From Wolbachia endosymbiont of Dirofilaria (Dirofilaria) immitis (lineage in GTDB: Bacteria > Pseudomonadota > Alphaproteobacteria > Rickettsiales > Anaplasmataceae), in NCBI RefSeq assembly GCF_013365455.1, contig NZ_CP046578.1:420001-452000 (forward strand): a stretch of 32,000 bases of DNA, read 5' to 3'. This document shows positions 11,202-20,667 of the stretch, piece by piece. Each line of letters begins with the position of its first letter. The stretch's first letter is position 1. The notes beneath the pieces were generated by a model that saw only the letters and a program-made list of their open reading frames with translations, did not search any database and was not told the DNA's origin. A program made the position numbers and the translations under genes.

Positions 11202-13682
11202 ATGAGTAAAAGGTATATAGATAGCAAGAAAGAAAATAGGGTTGATTTTATACTAAGAAATCATGGAATGTCAATTGTTTTTATTGCAATCATTATGACT
11301 TTACCTTCAGTAATGATATCAGCACTCTACTTTTTTGATGTATACGATTGGCATGTTAATATAGAGATTAATATGTTAGTTAGTATCCTCATGACTCTCT
11401 TTATGATATACAACGCAAAACGTTATAGATACTTGCTTGGTATTACAGAATTTCAAAATGCAATATTTGCAAGTGCACTCAATCATAATACAGAGTTCTG
11501 TCTCATTTTACACAAAGATGAGGGTGTTGTTTATGCTGATGCGAGGTTCTACGAAAGGTTTAAGGAACACATAGATAATGATGTTACACTAGACAAGCTT
11601 CTTAAAGCAGGAAATGTTTCAGAGAAAGATACAAAAGCGTTATATGATGCGCTAAAAAATAACTCTTCCGTACAAGTACGCATTACCTTAGACAAGAAAA
11701 ATAAAACATCTAATTTTCTTTTGCTTTTTGATCCGATATCAGATAACCCCCAAATTGCTCTAGATAATAATAAGATCTTAAACTTGTCATTAGCACCAAT
11801 AGCAAGACCACATGGATATTTTGTGCTAAAAGCAACACAGATGAATAAAGAACAAGTGTATGAAGAATTAATAGAAAAGCACAACATAGGGACTTACATT
11901 GCAAATGCTAAAGGGGTGATTTTATCTGTGAATAGAAGGTTCTTAGATATGTTTGAGTTGAGAAAATTTGAAAAAGGCAGTTTAATCAATGATTTTATAT
12001 TTCAATCTAATCATGGTAATACGACAACTGACAATGAAATTTCTTTTTGTACCGTAAACGGTGTTCCATTTAAGGCTTATATGAGCACTGCTATGTTTTG
12101 TGATAAACATAGTCATAACTATATATATGGCTTAATTACACCAGTTGAGTCAAATGTAGTTGACTATCAACTACATCCGTGTTTTGCAAATTCATCAATT
12201 GCTATTGCACAGTGCGATTCAAGTGGCAACTTCATAAAGAAAAACACAGCGTTAATAAAACTTGCAGGTTCAGATACTAACTCAATCTTTACATTAATAT
12301 TAGACGACTACCATATGAAAATACGTGAATATTTTTCAAGTAACAGAATAAATAATGCGTCCTTTGACGTGCAGCTTAGTAACAAAGATAATATGAAAAT
12401 ATACTTTAATAAGTTTCTCCATGGTAGGATTATGTTTATACTTTGCTATTTTGTTGACAACACTGAACATAAAAACCTAGAAATAAAGCTTGAGCATTAT
12501 CAAAAAATGCAGGCTATAGGTCAGTTAGCTGGCGGTATTGCACACGATTTTAACAATATATTGACTGGAATAATAGGATTTTGTGATTTACTTTTACTTC
12601 AACACTCAGTTGGTGATCCATCTTTTGGAGATATAATACAAATACAGCAAAATGCAAAGCGTGGGTCAAATCTAGTTAAGCAGTTGCTTGCCTTTTCAAG
12701 GAGGCAAACTATGCAACCGAAGATTATTGATGTAAATAGTACAATAGCCAGCCTTTACGAAATGATAAAAAGATTGATAGGTGAAAACATAAAATTCACT
12801 GCCTATTATGGTAGGGACTTAGGTATGGTTAGGGCTGATCAAGGACAATTGGAGCAAGTTATTATTAACTTAGTAGTTAATGCTAATGCTGCAATGGAGA
12901 AAGGGGGAGAACTGACTATACGGACTTTTAATAAAAAAATTAATTCGCTGAATTCTACACCTAAAAATATGTTTTCTCCAGATAAAGAGGGAATTGAACA
13001 TGGAAATTATGTTGTAATCGAAGTAATTGATACAGGATGTGGAATGACGAGTAATATAATTCAAAAGGTATTTGATCCATTCTTTTCTACTAAAGATATT
13101 GCTTCTGGTACTGGTCTTGGCCTTTCTACTGTATATGGTATTATTAAGCAAACTGAAGGATATATCTACGTTGCTAGTAAGGTGGATTATGGAACAAAAT
13201 TTAGCATATTTTTACCTATGGTTTATATATCAGATGAAGATGATATAGAGAAAGATATTGAAGAAATAGAAAAACCAGTAGTAAATGAAGTTAAAAACAA
13301 TGGTACGATTTTATTAATTGAAGATGAGGATTCAGTAAGGGAATTTACTACTAAGACGTTACAAAGGAGAGGATTTGATGTAATAGAAGCTAGCATGGGC
13401 AGTCAGGCACTGAAAATAATAAGTAAAAAAAGTCAACACATAGATCTAATAATCACTGATGTGATAATGCCAGAAGTTAGTGGTCCGGAGATAGTTAAAG
13501 AAGCCTTAATTCACAGGCCAGATATAAATGTCATTTTTATTTCCGGGTATGCAGAAGATGCATTTTTAAAGAATGATAATATTAATATAGAAGATTTCCA
13601 CTTTTTACCAAAACCATTCACTCTAAGTGAATTAGGAAATAAAGTTCAAAATGTACTACGCAAAGTAGAAAAAACAGTTTGA
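11202..13682 (+). CDS. cckA: Hybrid sensor histidine kinase / response regulator, CckA-type
   Basis: Two N-terminal TM helices precede a long sensor region. The H-box QAIGQLAGGIAHDFNNILTGIIGFCDLLL closely matches the alphaproteobacterial CckA H-box as I remember it. N and G boxes are present (NLVVNANAAM, DTGCGM, GTGLGLS). A C-terminal receiver domain follows (ILLIEDEDSVR...DLIITDVIMPEVSG...KPF). PleC-type kinases lack the fused receiver. Confidence 0.7.
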   Translation: MSKRYIDSKKENRVDFILRNHGMSIVFIAIIMTLPSVMISALYFFDVYDWHVNIEINMLVSILMTLFMIYNAKRYRYLLGITEFQNAIFASALNHNTEFCLILHKDEGVVYADARFYERFKEHIDNDVTLDKLLKAGNVSEKDTKALYDALKNNSSVQVRITLDKKNKTSNFLLLFDPISDNPQIALDNNKILNLSLAPIARPHGYFVLKATQMNKEQVYEELIEKHNIGTYIANAKGVILSVNRRFLDMFELRKFEKGSLINDFIFQSNHGNTTTDNEISFCTVNGVPFKAYMSTAMFCDKHSHNYIYGLITPVESNVVDYQLHPCFANSSIAIAQCDSSGNFIKKNTALIKLAGSDTNSIFTLILDDYHMKIREYFSSNRINNASFDVQLSNKDNMKIYFNKFLHGRIMFILCYFVDNTEHKNLEIKLEHYQKMQAIGQLAGGIAHDFNNILTGIIGFCDLLLLQHSVGDPSFGDIIQIQQNAKRGSNLVKQLLAFSRRQTMQPKIIDVNSTIASLYEMIKRLIGENIKFTAYYGRDLGMVRADQGQLEQVIINLVVNANAAMEKGGELTIRTFNKKINSLNSTPKNMFSPDKEGIEHGNYVVIEVIDTGCGMTSNIIQKVFDPFFSTKDIASGTGLGLSTVYGIIKQTEGYIYVASKVDYGTKFSIFLPMVYISDEDDIEKDIEEIEKPVVNEVKNNGTILLIEDEDSVREFTTKTLQRRGFDVIEASMGSQALKIISKKSQHIDLIITDVIMPEVSGPEIVKEALIHRPDINVIFISGYAEDAFLKNDNINIEDFHFLPKPFTLSELGNKVQNVLRKVEKTV

Positions 13683-13699
13683 TTCTGGATGTCAAAGTT

Positions 13700-13988
13700 C
13701 ATTTTTTCTTCTCTACTACGACAAAAAAACAAGCCTTAGGTATTAGCATTCCTAATTTACCAATAAAGTACTTTTCCTACAGCAGCAGGGTTGTCGGTAA
13801 TTAATACTAACTGTAATTTTTGTCAACAGCCACCCTTTTAATTTACTATTATACAATAACCTTGATCACGTTCTTTACTTTACCGTACAAAATAACCATA
13901 TTATATATAGTTGGAAATTTCTGCGTTAGAGGATTTTTAATGCTAATACCTAAGGCTTGTTTTTTGTCGTAGTAGAGAAGAAAAAATG
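13700..13988. repeat. Long inverted repeat: 51-nt arm (13700-13750) and 50-nt arm (13939-13988) bracketing a 188-nt spacer
   Basis: Arm 1 is cattttttcttctctactacgacaaaaaaacaagccttaggtattagcatt. Arm 2 is its reverse complement, aatgctaatacctaaggcttgttttttgtcgtagtagagaagaaaaaatg. The only difference is one A/T in the homopolymer run (7 versus 6). The repeat begins 17 nt after the cckA stop codon. Confidence 0.9.
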
Positions 13989-15275
13989 CACACGGAATGT
14001 GTCATGGAGAGCAAAAATAAATTGATAGAATCAGCACATTTTTAATATGAATGGAATTCCAAATTTATCGCTAATTCTGGTTAGTGATCAGTTTATAGCT
14101 ATAGAAATTGAACTGTTACATGTTATAACTTAAATAGGGGAAATTTATGTGAAAATGTATTAGACAAAATACGTAGTAATTTGAATGTATAATCATCAAT
14201 TTTATCTTCCACTGTTTGGTTTGTATTGCTATACTAATGTCTCGCAGCTGCAGCTCTGTTATTTTTCCTTTTTCAGGGGTAAGAGATAATCTAAACTTTT
14301 TTGCAATAGAGAGATATATATTTGCAATACACAACAAGTACAGCAAAATTAAATGAATAAATTAGGAATGACATTCATTAATATTTAAATAATAAGGTAT
14401 ATAAAATCATTATTACATGTAATATTAGACTAGTACAAGCACCTTTTCATAAGGAAATACGCTATTATATACGATCTTAAATGTTCTGTGTGCAAACTTA
14501 TATCAGTTTAATAAAAGAGATCTTAATAGGTAATAGTTGTAGTGACAGAGAAGAAAGAGTATTTGTTTATTTCATTACTGCACCCAAGCAAATTTTAGCA
14601 AAGAAGGACTTTAGTGAAGAATCGTTAAAAACTATGACAGCTTGCAAAGATTCAGGTTACAATAATTAATAATGGGTATAAGATAATAGTTGTTGGTATT
14701 GTGGATGAGCAGGTTAAGGTTACGATCTTGATAGTATAAGTTATTATGAAAGATTTAAACAATGAGAAATGCTTAGAAGTATCAATCATTAAAAACGTAT
14801 AGAGTGAGATATTAATCCAATAAAGGAAGGTAAAGCAATATAGAAAAACTGGTAGATGAGTTCTTTTATGCATATAAGAAACTAGTCTCAACTTTAAATA
14901 AAAGCCGGAGTTATATAACCAATATTCCTCAGATATTGTTGCTTTCTGGCAGGGTAAAAATAGTCAATGAAAAAAAACTCAGAAAGTGTTGTAGAGTAAA
15001 TAGTTTCTCTCAGGGCTTAGTGTTAGAACTGAAAATCAAAATGGTCTTAACATTGAAGTAGTGGTTAGAAATGCACTAAAATCAAGATATGGCAACAATA
15101 GAAGATGACATATCTTCCTTGACTTAGTTTATAAAGGTAAAAGTTCATTATAATGATTCCAAGGATAAAATTAATGATACGGTATGGTAACTTATCAAGT
15201 GAGTTGGATTTAATATTAGAGGCTTTGAATAAAAAGTTATAAACATTAAAGTTGTTAGATTTACCGTTAAAAGCA

Positions 15276-15503
15276 TTATTTCTCTACTCTGCGTTTCAAA
15301 AAATCCCTAATGCATTCTCCTACTGTGTTACGTCTTTTGCCTGCAGTACATTTTGCAATGCATGTATCATTGACCATTTCTTGGCCGCTAGAACAACTTA
15401 TGCAAGCATCTACTGTACTCGGTGCTATCACGCTCACTATTTTTGGTGCGCCAAAAAATAAAGCAGTAAATGCACCGAGCGCAAAAAAAGCTGGCCATGG
15501 CAT
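15276..15503 (-). CDS. Hypothetical small membrane protein with Cys-rich C-terminus (strand uncertain)
   Basis: 75-aa ORF MPWPAFFALGAFTALFFGAPKIVSVIAPS...DACISCSSGQEMVNDTCIAKCTAGKRRNTVGECIRDFLKRRVEK. It has a hydrophobic N-terminal part followed by a C-x2-C...C-x3-C...C pattern. The open frame continues upstream (KHNWLIVIIGTALLAIFGR) without an ATG. The segment is locally stop-poor and ORFs overlap it on both strands (15252-15461 +, 15310-15564 +), so the real coding strand is not settled. Confidence 0.3.
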   Translation of the reverse strand: MPWPAFFALGAFTALFFGAPKIVSVIAPSTVDACISCSSGQEMVNDTCIAKCTAGKRRNTVGECIRDFLKRRVEK

Positions 15504-15674
15504 TCTACCAAATATTGCAAGTAATGCTGTGCCTATTATAACTATTAGCCAATTATGTTTTTAGGTATGTTTTATTGTTCTATATATTAATTTAGCTTCG
15601 TGCTCTGTTTTTTATTCTTAGCCAAATTGGTTGAATCGAACTGTAAAACCTGCTAAAGTTCTATCTTATAGAAG

Positions 15675-15749
15675 GCACCCTTAGCTCAGTTGGATTAGAG
15701 CATTTGACTACGGATCAAAAGGTCGAGCGTTCGAGTCGTTCAGGGTGCA
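15675..15749 (+). tRNA. tRNA-Arg (anticodon ACG), CCA not encoded
   Basis: Manual cloverleaf. Acceptor stem GCACCCT/AGGGTGC. D-arm GCTC-AGTTGGATTA-GAGC. Anticodon stem TTTGA/TCAAA with loop CTACGGA (ACG). Variable loop AGGTC. T-arm GAGCG-TTCGAGT-CGTTC with one G-T pair. Discriminator A. Confidence 0.9.
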
Positions 15750-15785
15750 CTCTATTTTTAGAGTGCGTAGAAAGCACAGGCCATA

Positions 15786-15814
15786 CTTGAAATTGATGCA
15801 TGAAATACTTACCT
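15786..15814 (+). promoter_or_regulatory. Candidate RpoH (sigma-32) heat-shock promoter upstream of dnaJ
   Basis: An exact CTTGAAA lies at 15786-15792. CTTACCT at 15808-15814 gives CTTG-N18-CTTACCT, 6/7 to the alphaproteobacterial CTTG-N17/18-CYTATNT pattern as I recall it. The site is about 29 nt upstream of the dnaJ ATG. This is a pattern match only. Confidence 0.3.
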
Positions 15815-15842
15815 TTAGAGGTTAAATACTGAACTATTGTAT

Positions 15843-16952
15843 ATGAACACAAAAGACTATTATGAGCTACTGGAAGTAGGCAGGAATGCTAGTATTGATG
15901 AAATAAAAAAAGCATATAAAAGATTAGCGTTGAAGTACCATCCAGATAGAAATCCTGGTAACAAAGAAGCAGAGGAAAAATTTAAGGAGATAACGGCTGC
16001 GTATGAGGTTCTGTCTGACCCTGAGAAAAAGGCGGGTTATGATAGATATGGTCATGAAGGCACTTCTAGTAGGTTTGACTTTAGCCAGGCTGCAGGAGAT
16101 TTTAGTGATATATTCAACGATTTTTTTAGCGGTGGGTTCGGGGAATCAGGAAGGTCGAAAGCGAAAAGAAGTACACCGGGAGTTCCTGGGTCGGACTTGC
16201 GTTATGATCTTGAAATTACCTTGGAAGATGCATTTAATGGAATACAGGCGCCTATACATTATGTTACAAATGTAAAATGTGACATGTGTCGAGGTACAGG
16301 CAGTGAAGGTGCAATCAAGCCAGTCCAATGTCACATGTGCCGAGGAAGTGGTAGGGTTAGGGCACAGCAGAGTTTTTTTACAATTGAAAGGACTTGTACG
16401 ACATGTTACGGAGAAGGTGAGATAGTACAGAATAAGTGCAAAAAATGTAGTGGGAATGGACGTAGAAGGGATGAAGTAAATATATCAATTTCAATTCCGA
16501 AAGGCATAGAAGAAGGTGCTAAAGTAAGGGTAAGCGGTAAAGGAGAGGCTGGAGCAAGAGGTGGAAAAAGTGGAGATTTATATGTATATGTTAAAATTGC
16601 TCCGCACAAAATTTTTACTCGGAATAAAGCAGATTTGCATTGTAAAGTACCTATAAGGATGACATTAGCAGTGCTTGGTGGTGAAATCGATGTGCAGTCA
16701 ATTGATGGAGCTAAAATAAAAGTGAAAGTTCCTGAAGGCACTCAAACTGGTACTAGACTGCGCTGTAGAGAGAAGGGTATGCCGTATATAAACTCAAATA
16801 TACGTGGTGATTTATATGTACAGGTGATAATTGAGACTTTAAATCCAAAGATCTTAACTAAAAAGCAAATTGAGTTACTAAAAGCACTTGAAGAGGAGGA
16901 AAATATACAACAGCAATCTGAAGGGTTTTTTAGTAAAGTAAAAAAAAAGTAA
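15843..16952 (+). CDS. dnaJ: Molecular chaperone DnaJ (Hsp40)
   Basis: J-domain with HPD ([10 protein letters not shown]) and a G/F-rich linker. Four CxxCxGxG zinc-finger repeats are present: [24 protein letters not shown] and CKKCSGNG. The C-terminal substrate-binding domain follows. The track starts at TTG 15837; ATG 15843 ([12 protein letters not shown]) fits the family N-terminus. Confidence 0.9.
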   Translation: MNTKDYYELLEVGRNASIDEIKKAYKRLALKYHPDRNPGNKEAEEKFKEITAAYEVLSDPEKKAGYDRYGHEGTSSRFDFSQAAGDFSDIFNDFFSGGFGESGRSKAKRSTPGVPGSDLRYDLEITLEDAFNGIQAPIHYVTNVKCDMCRGTGSEGAIKPVQCHMCRGSGRVRAQQSFFTIERTCTTCYGEGEIVQNKCKKCSGNGRRRDEVNISISIPKGIEEGAKVRVSGKGEAGARGGKSGDLYVYVKIAPHKIFTRNKADLHCKVPIRMTLAVLGGEIDVQSIDGAKIKVKVPEGTQTGTRLRCREKGMPYINSNIRGDLYVQVIIETLNPKILTKKQIELLKALEEEENIQQQSEGFFSKVKKK

Positions 16953-17662
16953 AAAGTTTACTAAATGATGTTAAAAGTAGCCTTTAGATTTTTTTTACTG
17001 TTCTCTATTACTATAACACTTAGTGTATACTATGCGAATATTTTTATGTAAGCTTACTTAATTTTCATTAACTTTGTTAAAAGCTTTATTTAATCTATCT
17101 AGGAGATAGGCTAATTTTTTATACTTGTAGGTAACAATAGAGTATAGGTACAGCTTTCTAATTTTAAAGTTAGCCTCTTGTGAAGCTGCAGAACAGTTAA
17201 TAAGCTAAGAGAAAAAAGTTATAAAAGAAGTTAAAATAAATTAAAGGAAAGAAGCGATAAGAACGGAATAAGCTCCGTATATAATGATATACAACGCATT
17301 TCAATCTAACAGTTTTCATAAAAACCATAAGTTTAAGCTGTGAGTGTTAGATGCTACATATTATCAGGCGATCTGCTAACTTTGCAGGGCGATATAGAAA
17401 TGATGTAGTTATTACTAAGTGGTGATAGAATTCTTACCCGGAAAGACGTGGTTCTGTGCATAAGTGACAACAGTGGTTTAGAATTAAGGCAACCTAAAAC
17501 TACACTAAACACCTCTTCCCGTTTTGAAATCAACCCCAAGCTGATAAATCATAGCCTAAAGTGTACTATAACTTCAAAAAGAAGAGATCAGAAAATTTAA
17601 AACTCAATTGGAGAAATTATATGCTCAGCTTAAGGATAAAGAATCAATCACTAAAGTAAACA

Positions 17663-17800
17663 ATGCAAGATCTAGAAAATAAAAACACACCACTTAATAG
17701 TGAACCAGGCAAGGACATGTATGGATTCTTTTTACATTATGCTATACATAATAACCATTTAGATGAAGTAATAAAGTATCTACTAAAAACGAATCTTTAA
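17663..17800 (+). pseudogene. Ankyrin-repeat protein fragment (remnant ORF of 45 codons inside a decayed region)
   Basis: MQDLENKNTPLNSEPGKDMYGFFLHYAIHNNHLDEVIKYLLKTNL*. The stretch G-x-x-LHYA-x-x-x-x-H-L-x-x-V-K-x-LL matches the ANK consensus (G-TPLH-A...GH..VV..LL). Downstream the same theme continues across stops (...KDSLDFAVNKLN...). Confidence 0.45.
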
Positions 17801-18147
17801 AGTACAAGACAAAAATAGAAAGACTCTTTAGATTTTGCTGTTAACAAACTAAATTAAATAGAATAGTAGGTGGGATCTTTATAAGAGAAAATAGAGAGTA
17901 AAATAGGTTAAATAAGAATAAATTGGAAGAAATAAAAACTAAAATGAAAGCTTTGAAAAAGGCAGATCTCTCTAAAGAAATTAAAGATGGAAGAGAAAGC
18001 AATGGTATGAGGAATAAATTTGCTGTAAATGCACGACTCGTAAGCAAAAATAGCACGAACCATTGCTTTATGAAAACATATTACTTTACTAGGCCCTAGT
18101 AATCTTGATATAGTAGTCACTTTAGTTAAGTCTGCGGAAGTTTATAA

Positions 18148-19146
18148 ATGGCAATTTTAAGTGTTAGGGAAGCTTTATGTATAGCAATCAGAGAAGAAAT
18201 GCAAAATGATCACAATGTATTTATCATGGGTGAAGAGGTTGCAGAGTATGATGGTGCTTATAAAGTGACAAAGGGATTACTGAAGGAGTTTGGAGAAAGT
18301 AGAGTAGTTGATACTCCTATTACTGAACATGGATTTGCTGGTCTTGCTGTTGGAGCAGCACTTGCTGGACTTAGGCCAATCGTTGAGTTTATGACTTTTA
18401 ATTTTTCTATGCAAGCCATCGATCAAATCGTAAACTCTGCAGCAAAAACAAACTACATGTCAGGTGGACAACTTGGATGCTCTATAGTGTTTCGTGGACC
18501 AAATGGCGCTGCAGCAAGAGTTGCCGCACAACATTCTCAATGCTTTGCATCTTGGTATTCGCATATACCAGGGTTAAAAGTGATAGCACCTTACTTTGCC
18601 TCTGATTGTAGAGGTCTGCTCAAAGCAGCAGTTCGTGATCTAGACCCAGTAATATTTTTAGAAAACGAGATTGCTTATGGGCATGAGCATGAAGTTTCTG
18701 ATTCTGAACTATTAAATAAAGATTATCTACTTGAGATAGGTAAAGCTGCTGTTATACGCAAAGGAAAGGATGTAACTATCACCGCTTTCTCACTGAAGTT
18801 AGTAGATGCTTTAAGTGCAGCTAATTTGCTTTCGAGTGAAGGCATAGAAGCTGAAGTTATCGACCTTAGAACTTTGAGGCCACTTGATACTGAAACTGTT
18901 ATTAATTCTATCAAAAAAACTAATAAGTTAGTAAGCATAGAGGAAGGTTGGCCATTTGCAGGAATAGGGGCAGAGCTATCAGCCATCATTATGGAACAGG
19001 GGTTTGATTATCTTGATGCTCCAGTTATAAGGGTAACTGGTAAGGATGTACCCTTACCTTATGCTATAAACCTAGAAAAGAAAGCGTTGCCACAAATGGA
19101 AGATATAGTTAAAGCTGTGCATCAAGTTTGCTTTAGAAAAACTTAA
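18148..19146 (+). CDS. pdhB: Pyruvate dehydrogenase E1 component, beta subunit
   Basis: 332 aa. [48 protein letters not shown] is the conserved E1-beta pyrimidine-binding core. A C-terminal transketolase-like domain is present ([12 protein letters not shown]). Confidence 0.9.
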   Translation: MAILSVREALCIAIREEMQNDHNVFIMGEEVAEYDGAYKVTKGLLKEFGESRVVDTPITEHGFAGLAVGAALAGLRPIVEFMTFNFSMQAIDQIVNSAAKTNYMSGGQLGCSIVFRGPNGAAARVAAQHSQCFASWYSHIPGLKVIAPYFASDCRGLLKAAVRDLDPVIFLENEIAYGHEHEVSDSELLNKDYLLEIGKAAVIRKGKDVTITAFSLKLVDALSAANLLSSEGIEAEVIDLRTLRPLDTETVINSIKKTNKLVSIEEGWPFAGIGAELSAIIMEQGFDYLDAPVIRVTGKDVPLPYAINLEKKALPQMEDIVKAVHQVCFRKT

Positions 19147-20513
19147 CTACTCATCAGAAAGATCGTAGCTAAACTGAGAAATATAAAAGCTGAAAGAATA
19201 TCAGTTGTTGCTGATGTTAGGATTGAGGAAGAAACAGCAGGGTCAGATTTTAAGCGATGGAGCATTATGGGAATGAAAGTTCCAATAAACGTTGCAATGA
19301 TCGACATCATAATCATGGAAGCTACAAAGATAACCTCCACTTTGAAAGTGTGGAACCTTATTGTTAATACCACAAGTGAAATAATAGATAGAATTATTCC
19401 ATTTATCAAACCTATCAAAAACTCTTTTATCAGTATTCTATTTGTATTTTGCTCAGTTAAATGTTTTGTTGCAATTGCCCTGATGGTCAGCGTTACTGTT
19501 TGAGACCCTGCGTTTCCACTCATTGATGCAATTATTGGCATTATTATTGGGAGTACTACAAAGCTCTCTATTACACTATCGAAAAAACCAACTACTATAG
19601 AATATATTGTTGCTGCTAAGAGATTGAATAATAGCCAAGGTAACCTTTGGATTATAGTTTTATGTATAGGAGTATTTATATCGGCTTTAGAAGATACACC
19701 GCTTATTTTAAGTACGTCTTCTTCTGTCTCTTGTTGAACAACTTTTATTACATCTTCGATTAAGATCACACCTATAATCTTACCTCGCTTATTTACTACT
19801 GGAGCTGACAGTAGAGAGTAATCTTTAAATATTCTTGCTACTTCCTCTTGATCTACTCCAGTTTTGATGATCTTTATATCTTGGCTCATTATTTCTTTTA
19901 TTGTTGTTTCTCCTGAGTGAGATATCACCTTACTTAGATTAACACTACCTATAGGTTCTAGTTTTGAATTAATGATGAAGATTTGATGAAACTTTTCTGG
20001 TATTTTTTTATAATTGCGTAAAAATTCTGTTAACTCGTTTATCGTCCAATAGTACGGAGCTATAACCATATTTTTATGTATTAACCTTCCTGCACTCTCT
20101 TCTGGATATGATAATAACTCCTCTACTGGCTTTCGAGTTGTACTGGGCAAGTAGTTAAGTATGTTTCTTATAGACTTTCTGTCTAAATCTTTTACTATAG
20201 TTACTATATCTTCTGCGTTGAGAAGCATTAATAACTTTGCGGTATTTTTTACTCCTAGTGTTTCTATAATTTCTACTTGTAAATCTGGCACTACATGCAC
20301 TAGAGCATCACTTAGCAAGTGTTGATCTAAAATACTAACTAATTTTTCCCTGTGATCGCTAATCGAAGTGGATAAAAAATATGCTAATTGAATGCTGTCT
20401 ATCGTTTTTACAATCTTACGGGCATTTTCCAACTCTTCGTTATCAAGTGATTTAATTAGGTCATCAATAGCTTTTTTATCTAAGCCATAATGGAAATTTA
20501 CTTCAATATTCAT
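19143..20513 (-). CDS. mgtE: Magnesium transporter MgtE
   Basis: 456 aa with an MgtE N-domain and tandem CBS region ([12 protein letters not shown]...[18 protein letters not shown]). The C-terminal 5-TM channel domain carries [14 protein letters not shown]. Confidence 0.9.
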   Translation of the reverse strand: MNIEVNFHYGLDKKAIDDLIKSLDNEELENARKIVKTIDSIQLAYFLSTSISDHREKLVSILDQHLLSDALVHVVPDLQVEIIETLGVKNTAKLLMLLNAEDIVTIVKDLDRKSIRNILNYLPSTTRKPVEELLSYPEESAGRLIHKNMVIAPYYWTINELTEFLRNYKKIPEKFHQIFIINSKLEPIGSVNLSKVISHSGETTIKEIMSQDIKIIKTGVDQEEVARIFKDYSLLSAPVVNKRGKIIGVILIEDVIKVVQQETEEDVLKISGVSSKADINTPIHKTIIQRLPWLLFNLLAATIYSIVVGFFDSVIESFVVLPIIMPIIASMSGNAGSQTVTLTIRAIATKHLTEQNTNRILIKEFLIGLINGIILSIISLVVLTIRFHTFKVEVIFVASMIMMSIIATFIGTFIPIMLHRLKSDPAVSSSILTSATTDILSAFIFLSLATIFLMSS

Positions 20514-20667
20514 ATTTTCACCTTACTGCTTAATAAATACACGTACTTGATTCATTTAAATATTAGAGTATAATAAGATTGTTTTAAATTAACTATTATA
20601 TGGTTAAATTTCTATTTTGTGTACTATTATTGCTACTAATAGTGAATATATTAAAACCTAAAGCATA

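Noticed and set aside
15620-15660. GTTCGATTC T-loop-like string on the minus strand just upstream of tRNA-Arg, considered as a second tRNA or tmRNA piece
   Set aside because: I could not build flanking T-stem, acceptor or anticodon arms, so it is an isolated word match.
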